Origin: an uncultured Acidobacteriota bacterium | GTDB lineage: Bacteria > Acidobacteriota > Terriglobia > Acidiferrales > UBA7541 | Direction of reading: 5' to 3' | DNA length: 64,000 nt | Assembly: GCA_963697575.1 (NCBI GenBank) | Contig: CAVOOP010000009.1 | Coordinates: 63,100-127,099, forward strand | Part shown: positions 19,113-28,039 of the stretch, in pieces | How positions within the stretch are numbered: position 1 is the first letter of the stretch | Layout: every line of letters begins with the position of its first letter | Translations under genes and position numbers: made by a program | The notes under the pieces: generated by a model | The model's input: the letters and a program-made list of their open reading frames with translations, nothing else | Database searches by the model: none | What the model was told of the DNA's origin: nothing

Positions 19113-20147
19113 ATGGCCCTGAGGATCTCCCGCTTGCAAGCCTGGACCGACTGGACGCCCAGCTCCCGTACGCACCGGTGGAAACGCCGGAAGAAGAGCA
19201 ACGCGGTGGCGCGTGCCTGGGGCTGGTTTATCGGGGTGCTGCTGGCGTTGACGGTCACGGGCGTGCTTGTATGGGAGATTGCCGAGCACGTTCATGAGTC
19301 CGTGGCCCGGGGAAATTCCGTGGGCGAAGCGGCGCTTTCCATGATTCGAGGAAGCGCGCTGGCACCGTGGCAGCAGGACGTGCTGGACTCGCTCGACAAG
19401 TCGGCGGAAGAAGTGGGCGTGGGTCAGACCACGCAAGCAGCGATCGGCGTGGACCGCGTGTCGGAGCTGCTGAAGACGGCGCGCCTGAACTCCCAGCACT
19501 GCGAGCCTGACTTTTTCCAGATGGCGCTCACCGGCATGGATCGCGTGTGGAACCAGCGGCCGGACAACGACCGCCTCTTTCAGCATGTTACCAACGCGAG
19601 GGTGGAGCTTGCCGCGCTGCGCGTAGCCCAGGATGCATCTAGCGGACAAAGACCTGCGGGTTCCGCGGCGGCCGGGGCCCACGACCCCGATTGGATTCCG
19701 GCGGTGCACAACATTCACAACAATGGCGTCGCTGCGTCAGCGTCAGCAGCAGCGGCCGGCGAACAGGCGGCGGGGCGCGTGTCGATCACGGCGCCGCGAG
19801 AGATTGCGGCGAATTCCACGCTGAACCCACAGTCGCTCGGCGGCGATTATCTGGATGCCACGCGGATGACCGGTAATGGTGAGATTCTGATGCTGCCGGC
19901 GCAGGGCTCGTCCGACAATAACGTGCGCGTGGAGAATTTGACGATCGCAGGCGGTTCGCAGCGTCTCGAGGCGATTCACTGGACGAACGTGACGTTTGTG
20001 GGCACGGAAGTTCGTTACGAGAAGGGCCCGCTGGACCTGGAGAACGTTCACTTTGTGAGGTGCACGTTCCGCTTCGCTCCCGATGTGGGGGCGTCGCGCC
20101 TGGCGAATGCGATTGCGCTGGGGCAGACGTCGTTCACGGCGGAGTAG
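19113..20147 (+). CDS. Membrane-anchored hypothetical protein with beta-helix-like C-terminus
   Basis: Intact 344-aa ORF. One TM (WGWFIGVLLALTVTGVLVW). The C-terminus VRVENLTIAGGSQRLEAIHWTNVTFVGTEVRYEKGPLDLENVHFVRCTF is repeat-like. Confidence 0.5.
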   Translation: MALRISRLQAWTDWTPSSRTHRWKRRKKSNAVARAWGWFIGVLLALTVTGVLVWEIAEHVHESVARGNSVGEAALSMIRGSALAPWQQDVLDSLDKSAEEVGVGQTTQAAIGVDRVSELLKTARLNSQHCEPDFFQMALTGMDRVWNQRPDNDRLFQHVTNARVELAALRVAQDASSGQRPAGSAAAGAHDPDWIPAVHNIHNNGVAASASAAAAGEQAAGRVSITAPREIAANSTLNPQSLGGDYLDATRMTGNGEILMLPAQGSSDNNVRVENLTIAGGSQRLEAIHWTNVTFVGTEVRYEKGPLDLENVHFVRCTFRFAPDVGASRLANAIALGQTSFTAE

Positions 20148-20520
20148 TTCCTCGCTTGTCGTGTTTCCGATAAAAGCGGCTGTGCAGGGCACGCCTTGCA
20201 GATTGGGCGGAAAGCCAGAAGCATATCCCCCGCCGCGCTCGGGATGACGCGGGTGGGCTTTGTTGGGCTTTGGCGCGCCTGGCGCGCGACCGGCACCTGC
20301 GAGTAACCGCAGAAGGTCAAAAACCCGACCCTTAAAATCGAAGGGATGACGGGCACTCGGAAAACCTCGTTTACCGCGGAGTAGTTGCTCACCCTCGGTG
20401 TCTTTCCAACAAAAACCGGCTGCGCAGGATACGCCGTGCAGATGACATGAGTGGGTTTTGGTGCGCTTGGCGCAAGGAATGGCGCGAGTGCGGTTGGGCG
20501 CAGTCTGGAAGTGTTGAAGC
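20131..20520 (+). repeat. Diverged direct duplication of the 19113 gene 3' end plus downstream hairpin, separated by REP-C-like and REP-A elements
   Basis: ACGGCGGAGTAGTTCCTCGCTTGTCGTGTTTCCGATAAAAGCGGCTGTGCAGGGCACGCCTTGCAG (20134-) versus ACCGCGGAGTAGTTGCTCACCCTCGGTGTCTTTCCAACAAAAACCGGCTGCGCAGGATACGCCGTGCAG (20366-). REP-A at 20319-20358. Confidence 0.7.
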
Positions 20521-20548
20521 GTTTCGACATCCACTAGCGAGAAAACGA

Positions 20549-23071
20549 ATGGCGAACAATACGAAATTTGCGAAGGCTGATCCGGCGATTGTGCCGGTGG
20601 AAGGGCCGGCGGCAGCGCAGGCTGGGCCGGCCGCCGGCAAGCGCGAACGTCTTCCGGGAAGCCGAGCTACCGGCGACGCTGGCAGAGGGCCACTTCGCTC
20701 TGCCCAGGATGACAATGAAAGGCAAAAGCGCGCCGACGCGACAGGATCGGCAGAAAACAAAGCGCTATCGCCTTCCGGCGCGAACAACTACGGCGTGAAC
20801 AATTACGGCGCGAACAACGAGCAACTGCCGGAGCGATTGCAGGAGGCGCTGCGGCGGTTGGTGTTTGAGTTTGGCACCGAGTCGGAGCTTTCGCGGCGGC
20901 AGGAGATCCGGCGGATCAAGCAGGCGCACCAGTTCTGGCGCGGCTTGCAGTATTTGTGGTGGGACGAGCGCGATCAGAACTGGCACTTGCCGTTTGAGCA
21001 GAAGCTAATGAGCAACTCCTCGCTCGAGGATTTGCCGCGCTACGAGTTTGTAACGAATATTTACCAGGCATTCGGGCTGTCGCTGATTGCGGTGCTTTCG
21101 CAGGATGTGCCGCGGGTGCGGTTCTTTCCTTCATCGGCGCAGGCAGAGGAGGATGTGGCGGCGGCCAAGGCGGCTACCGAGGTGTCCGCGCTGGTCGAGC
21201 GGAACAATCGCATCGGGAATTTGATTGTAGATGAGGCGTTCAACCTTTGGACGGATGGAAAGGTTGGGGCGTACGTGAGGTTTGTGGTGGATGGGCAGAG
21301 GTTTGGGTTCCATCCGGAGATGGAGATCGGCGCGCGGGAAGTGCGGGTGGGAGGCGATTGCTACGTTTGTCCGGAGTGCGGGGAAGAAACGAAAGGGAAG
21401 CTGGAGGGCGACTCTGAAAGAGAGATCCCTCGCTCCGCTCGGGATGACAACGAAAAGCAACAACAACTGCGAAACCAACCGCAAGTGAGCGCGCAATGCG
21501 CGCACTGCGGGGCGCTGCTTACCGAAGAGGATTTCGTGGCGGTGGAGGTGATCACCGTGCCGGCGGCGCAGACGCGCTTGCGCGTGCCCAACGGGCAGGA
21601 GGTGATCACCATTGTGGGCGGGCTGGAATTGAAAACGCCGCCGTGGGCCAACGAGATGCATGAGTATCCCTACCTGCAATGGAACATGGAGGTGCACCAG
21701 GCGCGGCTGCGCGCGGCGTACCCGCACGCGGCGGATAAGATCGGCTCGCCGGTAGCGACCGGGATGCAGGAGTACGAACGCCTGGCGCGGCTCGCACAGT
21801 CGCAGGGCGGCCCGCTAACCGAGGGCGGCGACTTTAACATCAACCTGATCACGTTCCAGCGGACCTGGCTGCGTCCCTGGGCGTTCTTTGCGCTAGAGGA
21901 CAAGGCGCTGCGCGACGAACTGCTGCAGCTTTTCCCCGACGGCGCTTATGTGGCGCTGGCAGGCGATGCATACTGCGAATCGCGCAACGAGAATATGGAC
22001 GACCACTGGCGCGTGCTGCATGCGCTGCCGGGCGACGGATCGAGCGGGCGTCCCGCGCTGGGCGACGTGCTGATCAGCGTCCAGGAACGCTTCAATACGC
22101 TGTCGAATTTGCAGATCGAGACGTATGAATACGGCATTCCGCCGATCTATGCCGATAGCGAAGTGCTCGATTTCGACTCGCTGCAGAATCAGACGGCGGA
22201 ACCCGGCGCGCACTATCCGGCGCGGGCCAAGCCGGGGCAGTCGCTAGCGTCGGGATTCTTCCAGCCCGAGGCGGCGGAAGTGCCTCCTGATCTGGCGGAG
22301 CACGCCGCGAACCTGATGGGGCCCATTGCGCAGTTTCTTACCGGCGCTTTCCCGGCGCTCTTTGGCGGGGCGATGGCGAATAACGACACGGCCGCGGGCT
22401 ACTCGATGGCGCGCGACCAGGCCATGGGCCGTATCGGCCTCGTATGGCGGCGGATGAAATTTTTCCACGCGGACATCATGCTGCTGGCCGTCGATTGCTT
22501 TCGCAGGAACCGGCCGAACGACGTGGAGGTGACGCTGCTGGGGGCGGGCGCGGCGTTCGAGTCGAAGTGGATACGCCTGGCGGACCTCAAGGGCAACCTG
22601 TTCAGCTACCCGGAGACCGACGAGCAGTATCCCACGCTGTGGTCTCAGCAGCGCGCCGTGTTGATGCAGTTGCTTGGCAATCCCGATCCGCAGTTGCAGG
22701 CGGTGCTAGCGCATCCGGAGAACATGGCGCTGATCAAGCGGCTGATCGGGCTCGAGGAGTTTGTGATTCCGGACGAGGAGTCGCGCACCAAGCAGTATCG
22801 CGAGATCGCGCAGATGGTGGGCGAGGCGCCGGTGGTGAAGCGGGACGAAGGCAGCGGCGTCGAGCTGATGCTGCCGAGCATCATGCCGGATGAGTTTGCG
22901 GACAATCACGCCGTAGAGCTCGAAATCTGCATGCGGTGGTTTTCGTCAGACGCGGGGCAGGTGGCGAAGATCGACGCTCCGGCGGGGTATGCCAACGTGC
23001 GGGCGCACGCGATGTTTCACCGCGAGTATTTGCTCAAGCAGCAGCGGGTGGCGGCGCAGCGGGCTTCGTAG
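20549..23071 (+). CDS. Portal-like protein (about 840 aa) with an internal zinc ribbon; two in-frame REP-C-type insertions
   Basis: Intact long ORF, the next large gene after terL and before the scaffold and capsid genes. CYVCPECG ... CAHCG. Assigned by size and position; the sequence family was not verified. Confidence 0.55.
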   Translation: MANNTKFAKADPAIVPVEGPAAAQAGPAAGKRERLPGSRATGDAGRGPLRSAQDDNERQKRADATGSAENKALSPSGANNYGVNNYGANNEQLPERLQEALRRLVFEFGTESELSRRQEIRRIKQAHQFWRGLQYLWWDERDQNWHLPFEQKLMSNSSLEDLPRYEFVTNIYQAFGLSLIAVLSQDVPRVRFFPSSAQAEEDVAAAKAATEVSALVERNNRIGNLIVDEAFNLWTDGKVGAYVRFVVDGQRFGFHPEMEIGAREVRVGGDCYVCPECGEETKGKLEGDSEREIPRSARDDNEKQQQLRNQPQVSAQCAHCGALLTEEDFVAVEVITVPAAQTRLRVPNGQEVITIVGGLELKTPPWANEMHEYPYLQWNMEVHQARLRAAYPHAADKIGSPVATGMQEYERLARLAQSQGGPLTEGGDFNINLITFQRTWLRPWAFFALEDKALRDELLQLFPDGAYVALAGDAYCESRNENMDDHWRVLHALPGDGSSGRPALGDVLISVQERFNTLSNLQIETYEYGIPPIYADSEVLDFDSLQNQTAEPGAHYPARAKPGQSLASGFFQPEAAEVPPDLAEHAANLMGPIAQFLTGAFPALFGGAMANNDTAAGYSMARDQAMGRIGLVWRRMKFFHADIMLLAVDCFRRNRPNDVEVTLLGAGAAFESKWIRLADLKGNLFSYPETDEQYPTLWSQQRAVLMQLLGNPDPQLQAVLAHPENMALIKRLIGLEEFVIPDEESRTKQYREIAQMVGEAPVVKRDEGSGVELMLPSIMPDEFADNHAVELEICMRWFSSDAGQVAKIDAPAGYANVRAHAMFHREYLLKQQRVAAQRAS
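20684..20730 (+). repeat. REP-C-like element in the portal 5' region (reads RGPLRSAQDDNERQKR)
   Basis: GAGGGCCACTTCGCTCTGCCCAGGATGACAATGAAAGGCAAAAGC. Confidence 0.7.
21416..21470 (+). repeat. REP-C element between the two CxxC knuckles of the portal zinc ribbon (reads EREIPRSARDDNEKQQQ)
   Basis: GAAAGAGAGATCCCTCGCTCCGCTCGGGATGACAACGAAAAGCAACAACAAC. Confidence 0.85.
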
Positions 23072-23149
23072 CTGGTGGCACCCGCACTCTTGCCGGTTTG
23101 GTTCTAGCGCCGTTGTCTAATGGGCACTTTTGCTGTGGGTAGAGGATGA

Positions 23150-23292
23150 AAGTCAAGCCCCCGAACCTTCAAAGGCAAAGGGTCGGACAGCCGGAAAACC
23201 ATTGCTGAGCGGGCAGCTTTTCGCTCTTCGGATTGCATCGGCGAGGGCCGCCCGGCTAAAACCTGCCGATCGGGAGATTGGCTTTCCCGGGG
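23150..23292. repeat. REP-A (diverged) and REP-D copies downstream of the portal gene
   Basis: AAGTCAAGCCCCCGAACCTTCAAAGGCAAAGGGTCGGACAGCC and CCTGCCGATCGGGAGATTGGCTTTCCCGG. Confidence 0.7.
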
Positions 23293-23563
23293 CGCGGCGG
23301 CGGGTTTAGGTGTTTTGCTGGGCGCGAACACCCAAACCCTTGGCCGGCCTGATGCATCCCTGCGGAACTGTTGCCGTCCGGAGAGCGGACGTTATATCAC
23401 AAGCGGGCCTGCCGGCGCGCTCTTTTGCACGCGCAACACTGGCCACACGGGCCACACTGGCCGCGCTGGCTCGCGCGCTAACCGAACCGACGAACGGCGG
23501 CGCTAGACCTGCGATCCCACCGGCGATCCCGCCGGGCGATCCCGCAAAACCCTGCGCTGCACG

Positions 23564-24427
23564 CTAGCTTGGGTCGCCGGTGCGCGTGCCGTACGCGGTG
23601 CGTAGCGCGGGGGGTGGCGCTACCAGGCGCACTACCTGCTGCAGGCGCTCCGGCTTAAACGGCTTGGCCATGCACACGACCGCGCCCAACTGGTGACTCG
23701 TGGCGTAGTCGGCGGGCTGCGCGGCGCGCGTCATCAGGATTACGGGAACCTTCGCGAGCCGCTCGTTCTGCTTGATGATCACGCAAAGATCCTGGCCGGA
23801 CATGTCTTCGGCTTCCACTTCCGCGATGAATACGGAGGGAACCGTGGTGCGCAGAATCTCCAGCGCGGCTTGCGCGGACGGAACGGCGATTACGGTGTAG
23901 CCGTCCTGCTCGAGCATGTTGCGCATGGCTTCGGCGCTGCGCTGGTCCGGCTCAATGGCCAGCACGACCGACTGCCGGGCGTTTGAAGCTGCCGCCGAAC
24001 CCTGGCCTGCGGAAGCGGCGGGCGTCTTTCTATCGCCCTTGGCGTCTGTTTTTGCGGCAACAAACTGCACGGCTACGCCAAACCTTCCGTCGGGCTGCGG
24101 CACGATGCGCACGACTTCGGCGGGCTGGCCCTGGTTGATGGCGCCTGCCATCGCCGAGTACGGGAAAGCGACTTCGAGCATCTGCCCCTTCCAGTAGCCC
24201 GAAGATTTTGAGGTGAAGAGCAGGCCGTCGCGCGAGACGTCCACGCTCATGCAGACTTCTTCGAACGGCGCGGGCGCGTTGACGGCGCGAACGTGCACCT
24301 GAGCGGAAATCTTTGCCCGGCGACGGCGGCGGCGGTCTATGCCGCTCTGCGCCGAGTGGCCGGCTGGTCCCACTTGTCCCGCGGCCTTTGCATTCGGCGC
24401 GGCCGGGATGGTGGTGCTTGTGCCCAT
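23564..24427 (-). CDS. PilZ domain + receiver-like domain protein
   Basis: ATG 24427 with AAGGGGA upstream. PilZ motifs RRRRRRAK and DVSRDG. The C-terminal REC-like region (VLAIEPDQ ... SVFIAEVEAEDMSGQDL ... CMAKPF) appears to have Glu where the phospho-accepting Asp is expected (alignment by eye). Confidence 0.75.
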   Translation of the reverse strand: MGTSTTIPAAPNAKAAGQVGPAGHSAQSGIDRRRRRRAKISAQVHVRAVNAPAPFEEVCMSVDVSRDGLLFTSKSSGYWKGQMLEVAFPYSAMAGAINQGQPAEVVRIVPQPDGRFGVAVQFVAAKTDAKGDRKTPAASAGQGSAAASNARQSVVLAIEPDQRSAEAMRNMLEQDGYTVIAVPSAQAALEILRTTVPSVFIAEVEAEDMSGQDLCVIIKQNERLAKVPVILMTRAAQPADYATSHQLGAVVCMAKPFKPERLQQVVRLVAPPPALRTAYGTRTGDPS

Positions 24428-24535
24428 GAAATCCCCTTGAGAAGCGTGAGCGCGCGGTGATTGGTGCGGTTCGCCGGCTGGGTGCCGAATCACCGCTGCC
24501 TGGATAGAGTGGCATCGGGCGAACACGCAGCAAAT

Positions 24536-24583
24536 AGTACGCGCGTACTGTTTCGGTACAGGTGCATTTCACCTGTACCGAAA
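24536..24583. promoter_or_regulatory. Two adjacent perfect palindromes in the divergent PilZ-REC / scaffold intergenic region
   Basis: AGTACGCGCGTACT (24536-24549) and TTTCGGTACAGGTG-CATTT-CACCTGTACCGAAA (24551-24583, 14-bp arms). No T-tract on either side, so operator-like rather than terminator-like. Confidence 0.6.
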
Positions 24584-24655
24584 GTGAAACGCGCTCGTGG
24601 GAAGCAAACAACAAGCGAAAAGCGAACGAGAAGCACAAGGTTTGGAGGCTGATTT

Positions 24656-25780
24656 ATGCCAAGCACAGCAACGCCGGCGCTGGACGTCACGATTGGGCGG
24701 AAGGAAAGCGCGGTGCAGCGCCCGCAGCCACAGGACAGCGTCCGGAATGCCACGGATGACGAAATTCTTGGGCTGATGGCCGAAGCGGGGATCGACAGTA
24801 CGGCTGCCGCGGAGCGCGATGCCCGGGCGGACCGTGAATTCGATTCGGGTGAACCCGGCAGCGCTAAAGCTGTCGAGGGGCAACGCGGGCGGGAAGATGG
24901 CGCCGACACCGGGAAGACCGACGCTGGTGCCGGGCCCGATCCCGAGAAACTGCGCGCGGCCTATGAGGCGAATCCCGAGCTGCGGCAGGCTTGGGAGGAT
25001 GCGAAGGCGTATCGCGAAACCTTTGCCACGCCGGAAGACGCTCGGAACGCGACGGCCCTGCTGGCAGACCTGGATCGCATGGACGCTCTGTTCTATTCGC
25101 AGCGGCCCGAGGATCATGCGGAGCTGGCGCGCTCGATCGCCGCGCTCGATCCGGCGGCGTTCGCGTCGCTGGCGAAGGCCATCGGCGAGCAGGCGAGCAG
25201 ACAGGCAGCCCAGGGGGGAAGGAACTCCGCAGCGGCAACTGCTTCCGCGCCGAGCCAGGGGCAAGACAGTGCTGCTGCTCCCACGGCGGCGGAAATCTCA
25301 TCATCACAGGCGGAGTTCTTTCAGGCGGCAAACGCGGCGGCGGTGCAGGGCGTGCTTGACGCGATCGAGACGCAGGTGGAGCGGCTCCTTCCGGAGGGCG
25401 CGTCGAAGAGCGCGCGCAACCGCGTGGTGGGGGAGATCTACCGCGAGCTGGATTCCACGCTCGGCGCGAACCGGCAACTCTCGCAGCAGGTGCGCGAGGC
25501 GTTCCGGTCGGGCGCGCTCGACGACAGCCATCAGCGCGCGATTGTCTCGCTGATCACGGGGCGGGCGCGGCAGGCGCTGCCGGGCGTGGCCAAGCGCGTG
25601 ATGAACGAGTGGACCTCGACAATCGTCGCTGCAAACCAGGACCGCCGCGCGCGGCAGCATGCGGCGGAACGGCGCGTCGACATTGCCGGTTCGAGCGGCG
25701 GCGGCGAAGGCCGGCGCTCAATGGCGCCACGCGACATCGACTACGCTCGCATGTCCGACGGCGACATCTTGAATCTGTAG
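24656..25780 (+). CDS. Scaffolding-like protein (acidic, Ala/Gln-rich, helical)
   Basis: Intact 374-aa ORF between the portal-like and capsid genes, with GGAGG upstream. The call rests on composition and position only. Confidence 0.45.
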   Translation: MPSTATPALDVTIGRKESAVQRPQPQDSVRNATDDEILGLMAEAGIDSTAAAERDARADREFDSGEPGSAKAVEGQRGREDGADTGKTDAGAGPDPEKLRAAYEANPELRQAWEDAKAYRETFATPEDARNATALLADLDRMDALFYSQRPEDHAELARSIAALDPAAFASLAKAIGEQASRQAAQGGRNSAAATASAPSQGQDSAAAPTAAEISSSQAEFFQAANAAAVQGVLDAIETQVERLLPEGASKSARNRVVGEIYRELDSTLGANRQLSQQVREAFRSGALDDSHQRAIVSLITGRARQALPGVAKRVMNEWTSTIVAANQDRRARQHAAERRVDIAGSSGGGEGRRSMAPRDIDYARMSDGDILNL

Positions 25781-25795
25781 TGCGACGATGATCTA

Positions 25796-25827
25796 TTGAC
25801 CTCCAGAGGGGCGGTAGGCTAGCCTAC
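25796..25827 (+). promoter_or_regulatory. TTGACC -35-like box plus 14-bp perfect palindrome GTAGGCTAGCCTAC upstream of the 25855 cassette
   Basis: TTGACC at 25796-25801. Palindrome at 25814-25827. It lies in the 74-nt gap after the scaffold stop. Confidence 0.4.
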
Positions 25828-25854
25828 AGACGCAAAGTGCGAGAGGGGATTTGA

Positions 25855-26061
25855 ATGTCCACTTTCCGGCCTTCTTCTCCGCGTTCTGTTTCACTTTCCG
25901 AGCTGCCCGTCAATTCATGGATTGCCCTTACAGAGGATGAGAATCAGGTCATTGCTATCGGATCGACATATGAGGAAGCGGTCAGGAAAAGTGAGAGCGC
26001 CGGCGTCTCGGATCCGCTGATCATTAAGACCCCCGGGGAGTGGCTTCCGCTTTCGGTGTAA
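25855..26061 (+). CDS. Small DUF5678-like protein (68 aa)
   Basis: NSWIALTEDENQVIAIGSTYEEAVRKSESAGVSDPLIIKTPGEW matches the DUF5678-type pattern from memory. The stop lies 6 nt before the next gene's start. Confidence 0.55.
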   Translation: MSTFRPSSPRSVSLSELPVNSWIALTEDENQVIAIGSTYEEAVRKSESAGVSDPLIIKTPGEWLPLSV

Positions 26062-26067
26062 CTGCGA

Positions 26068-26493
26068 TTGCGCTATACCTGCAAGGACTATCCGACCCGA
26101 GATGGAGAAGCGGATTGGTGCTGTGTTTTGCCGGTCCAGCTTTCAAATCCAAAGAGGCATTCCCCGCCTTCGAAAAGGTTCGAGGCCTTAATTGACTCGG
26201 GCGCGTCGCGTTGCATTTTTCATTCCCAGATTGGCAGGTCGCTGGGATTCGATATTGAAAGCGGAAGGGAAGAGAGAACCGTTGGAGTGTCCGGAAAAGC
26301 CACAACCGTCTACATCCATGGCGTAGGCTTGTTTGTGTGCGGCGGCATCATCACGCTGAAGGTGGCTTTTTGCGAAGACTTGCCAATCGCAGGACTGTTA
26401 GGGCGGCGCGGTTTTCTGGAGCAGTTCAGGTTCACCTTCGACCCATCATCAATGCCCCCGGTGTTTGACCTGGAAAGAATCTACCGCGTTTAG
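26068..26493 (+). CDS. Retropepsin-like (clan AA) aspartic protease
   Basis: TTG start coupled to the upstream stop. Catalytic-type motif ALIDSGAS and C-terminal AGLLGRRGFLEQFRFTFD, typical of bacterial retropepsin-like domains. Confidence 0.7.
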   Translation: MRYTCKDYPTRDGEADWCCVLPVQLSNPKRHSPPSKRFEALIDSGASRCIFHSQIGRSLGFDIESGREERTVGVSGKATTVYIHGVGLFVCGGIITLKVAFCEDLPIAGLLGRRGFLEQFRFTFDPSSMPPVFDLERIYRV

Positions 26494-26616
26494 TTTCTCT
26501 CGTCCCGGTCAAGCCTTATCGACCGTTCTACCCGTCCGTGAAGGACACCCCCGCACCTGACTGGCCGCGCGCTCGCGCGGTGACACGAAATCCATTCCAA
26601 AGGGGAATTCCACCAC

Positions 26617-27895
26617 ATGGCACAAATGCAAAATGCGCAATCGGTTGCGCTGCAACTGGAGAAGGTGCGGGACAAGCTGCCGCTGCTCTACGAGCGGGAC
26701 GACATCCTGCTCACGATGATCCAGCAGCGCGGCGACGTGGAACGCGTCAGCTCGCGGAACATGCGGCTTCCGCTGCAGATACGTCCGGGAGGCAAGGCCG
26801 GCCTTGCGAACATGGACGGCGGGGACCTGGGCCGCGGGTCGGGAACCGTCTACGACGTGGCGCAGGTGACGCCGGTATTTTTCCGGCACGCCGTGGAAAT
26901 CACGAAGCTCGTCGAGTACGCGTCGAATGCGCCGGAAAAGGCCATCGAGAACGCGGCCAAGCGCGAAGTGAAGAACACGATGGCGCAGTTCCGTTCGTTT
27001 CTCGACAAGGTGATGCAGACGAACGGCAACGGCGTGCTGGGCACGGTCGGCTCGATCACCACCAGCGGCCTGCCCAGCGGCGTGGCCGCGCAGTTCGGGA
27101 TGGCCAAGCCGCCCGGCGCGCAGCTTTTCTACTACAACCAGACGATCCAGGTGTACGACCCGACGCTCACCACCAATCGCGGCTCGGCCAACATCCTGCT
27201 GGTCGATCCGTTCAATTCGCTGATTCAGGTGGACAGCTTGCCGACCGGCACCAGCGTGAACGACTTGATCGTCCACGACGGGCTCACCGGCGCGCAGCCC
27301 GTGTCGCTCTTCGGCATTTTGTATCACCAGACCAACGCGACCACCGGCACGTGGCTCAACCTGAACCGCGCGACGTATCCCGTGGAACTCGCCACGCCCA
27401 ACGTGAACGGCGAACAACTCGGCGATCACGCCGGGAGCGGTGCGCCTTGCGATTAACAAGGTGCGCAAATCGTTGGGCATCGAATCAGGTGAGCGAAACT
27501 CATCGCGTACACGGCGCTCGAGCAGGAGCACCAGTGGGAGCAGCTCGGAGTGACGATTTCGCAGATCATCAAGGAAGGAGCGGGCGGGCGCGCGAGCGAT
27601 CTCGACCTGCTGTTCACGGGCGAAAAAACGATGGCGGGCGTGCCGATCAAGTCGAGCATCAATGCCAACTCAGACGCGCGTGGATTTTCTCGATCTTTCG
27701 CACTGGGGACGCGCGGTGATGCAGGACATCGATTTCTACGATGTGGGCGGGCAAACCGTGTTCCCGATTTACGGGGCAAGCGGCGGCATCGCCGCGGCGT
27801 ACATCTTCTACTTCGTCACGGGATTCCAGGTGTGGAACGACTCGCCCCGCAGCGGCGCGTACATCAACAACCTGGCGATCCCGACGGGGTACTAA
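26617..27895 (+). CDS. Major capsid protein; about 3 frameshifts (about 27415, 27495, 27670)
   Basis: ORF 26617..27456 plus continuation frames (AITPGAVRLAINKVRKSLG; LIAYTALEQEHQWEQLGVTISQIIKEGAGG...; RVDFLDLSHWGRAVMQDIDFYDVGG...NNLAIPTGY, stop 27895). About 425 aa. Position after the scaffold gene. Confidence 0.65.
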
Positions 27896-27948
27896 GCGCA
27901 GAACAAAAGAGGGGTTCGTTGTCTAGATCGAAGGCGAATCGCTTCATC

Positions 27949-28010
27949 GAAGAGAGATTCCTCAGTCGCTTCGCTTCTTCGGAATGACAACGAAAATCGT
28001 AATGCCAAAA
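27949..28010 (+). repeat. REP-C element
   Basis: GAAGAGAGATTCCTCAGTCGCTTCGCTTCTTCGGAATGACAACGAAAATCG. Confidence 0.8.
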
Positions 28011-28039
28011 CAAAAAGGGGCGACCTTTATGGTCGCCCC
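28005..28039 (-). terminator. Intrinsic terminator, minus-strand specific
   Basis: On the minus strand: GGGGCGACC-AUAAA-GGUCGCCCC followed by UUUUUGUUUUGG. There is no T-tract after the hairpin on the plus strand. Confidence 0.8.

Noticed and set aside
26509-27719. Long shadow ORFs over the capsid gene (26509..27531 minus; 26538..27719 plus)
   Set aside because: Composition is Arg/Gly/Pro-rich with no motifs. The capsid frame set explains the region.
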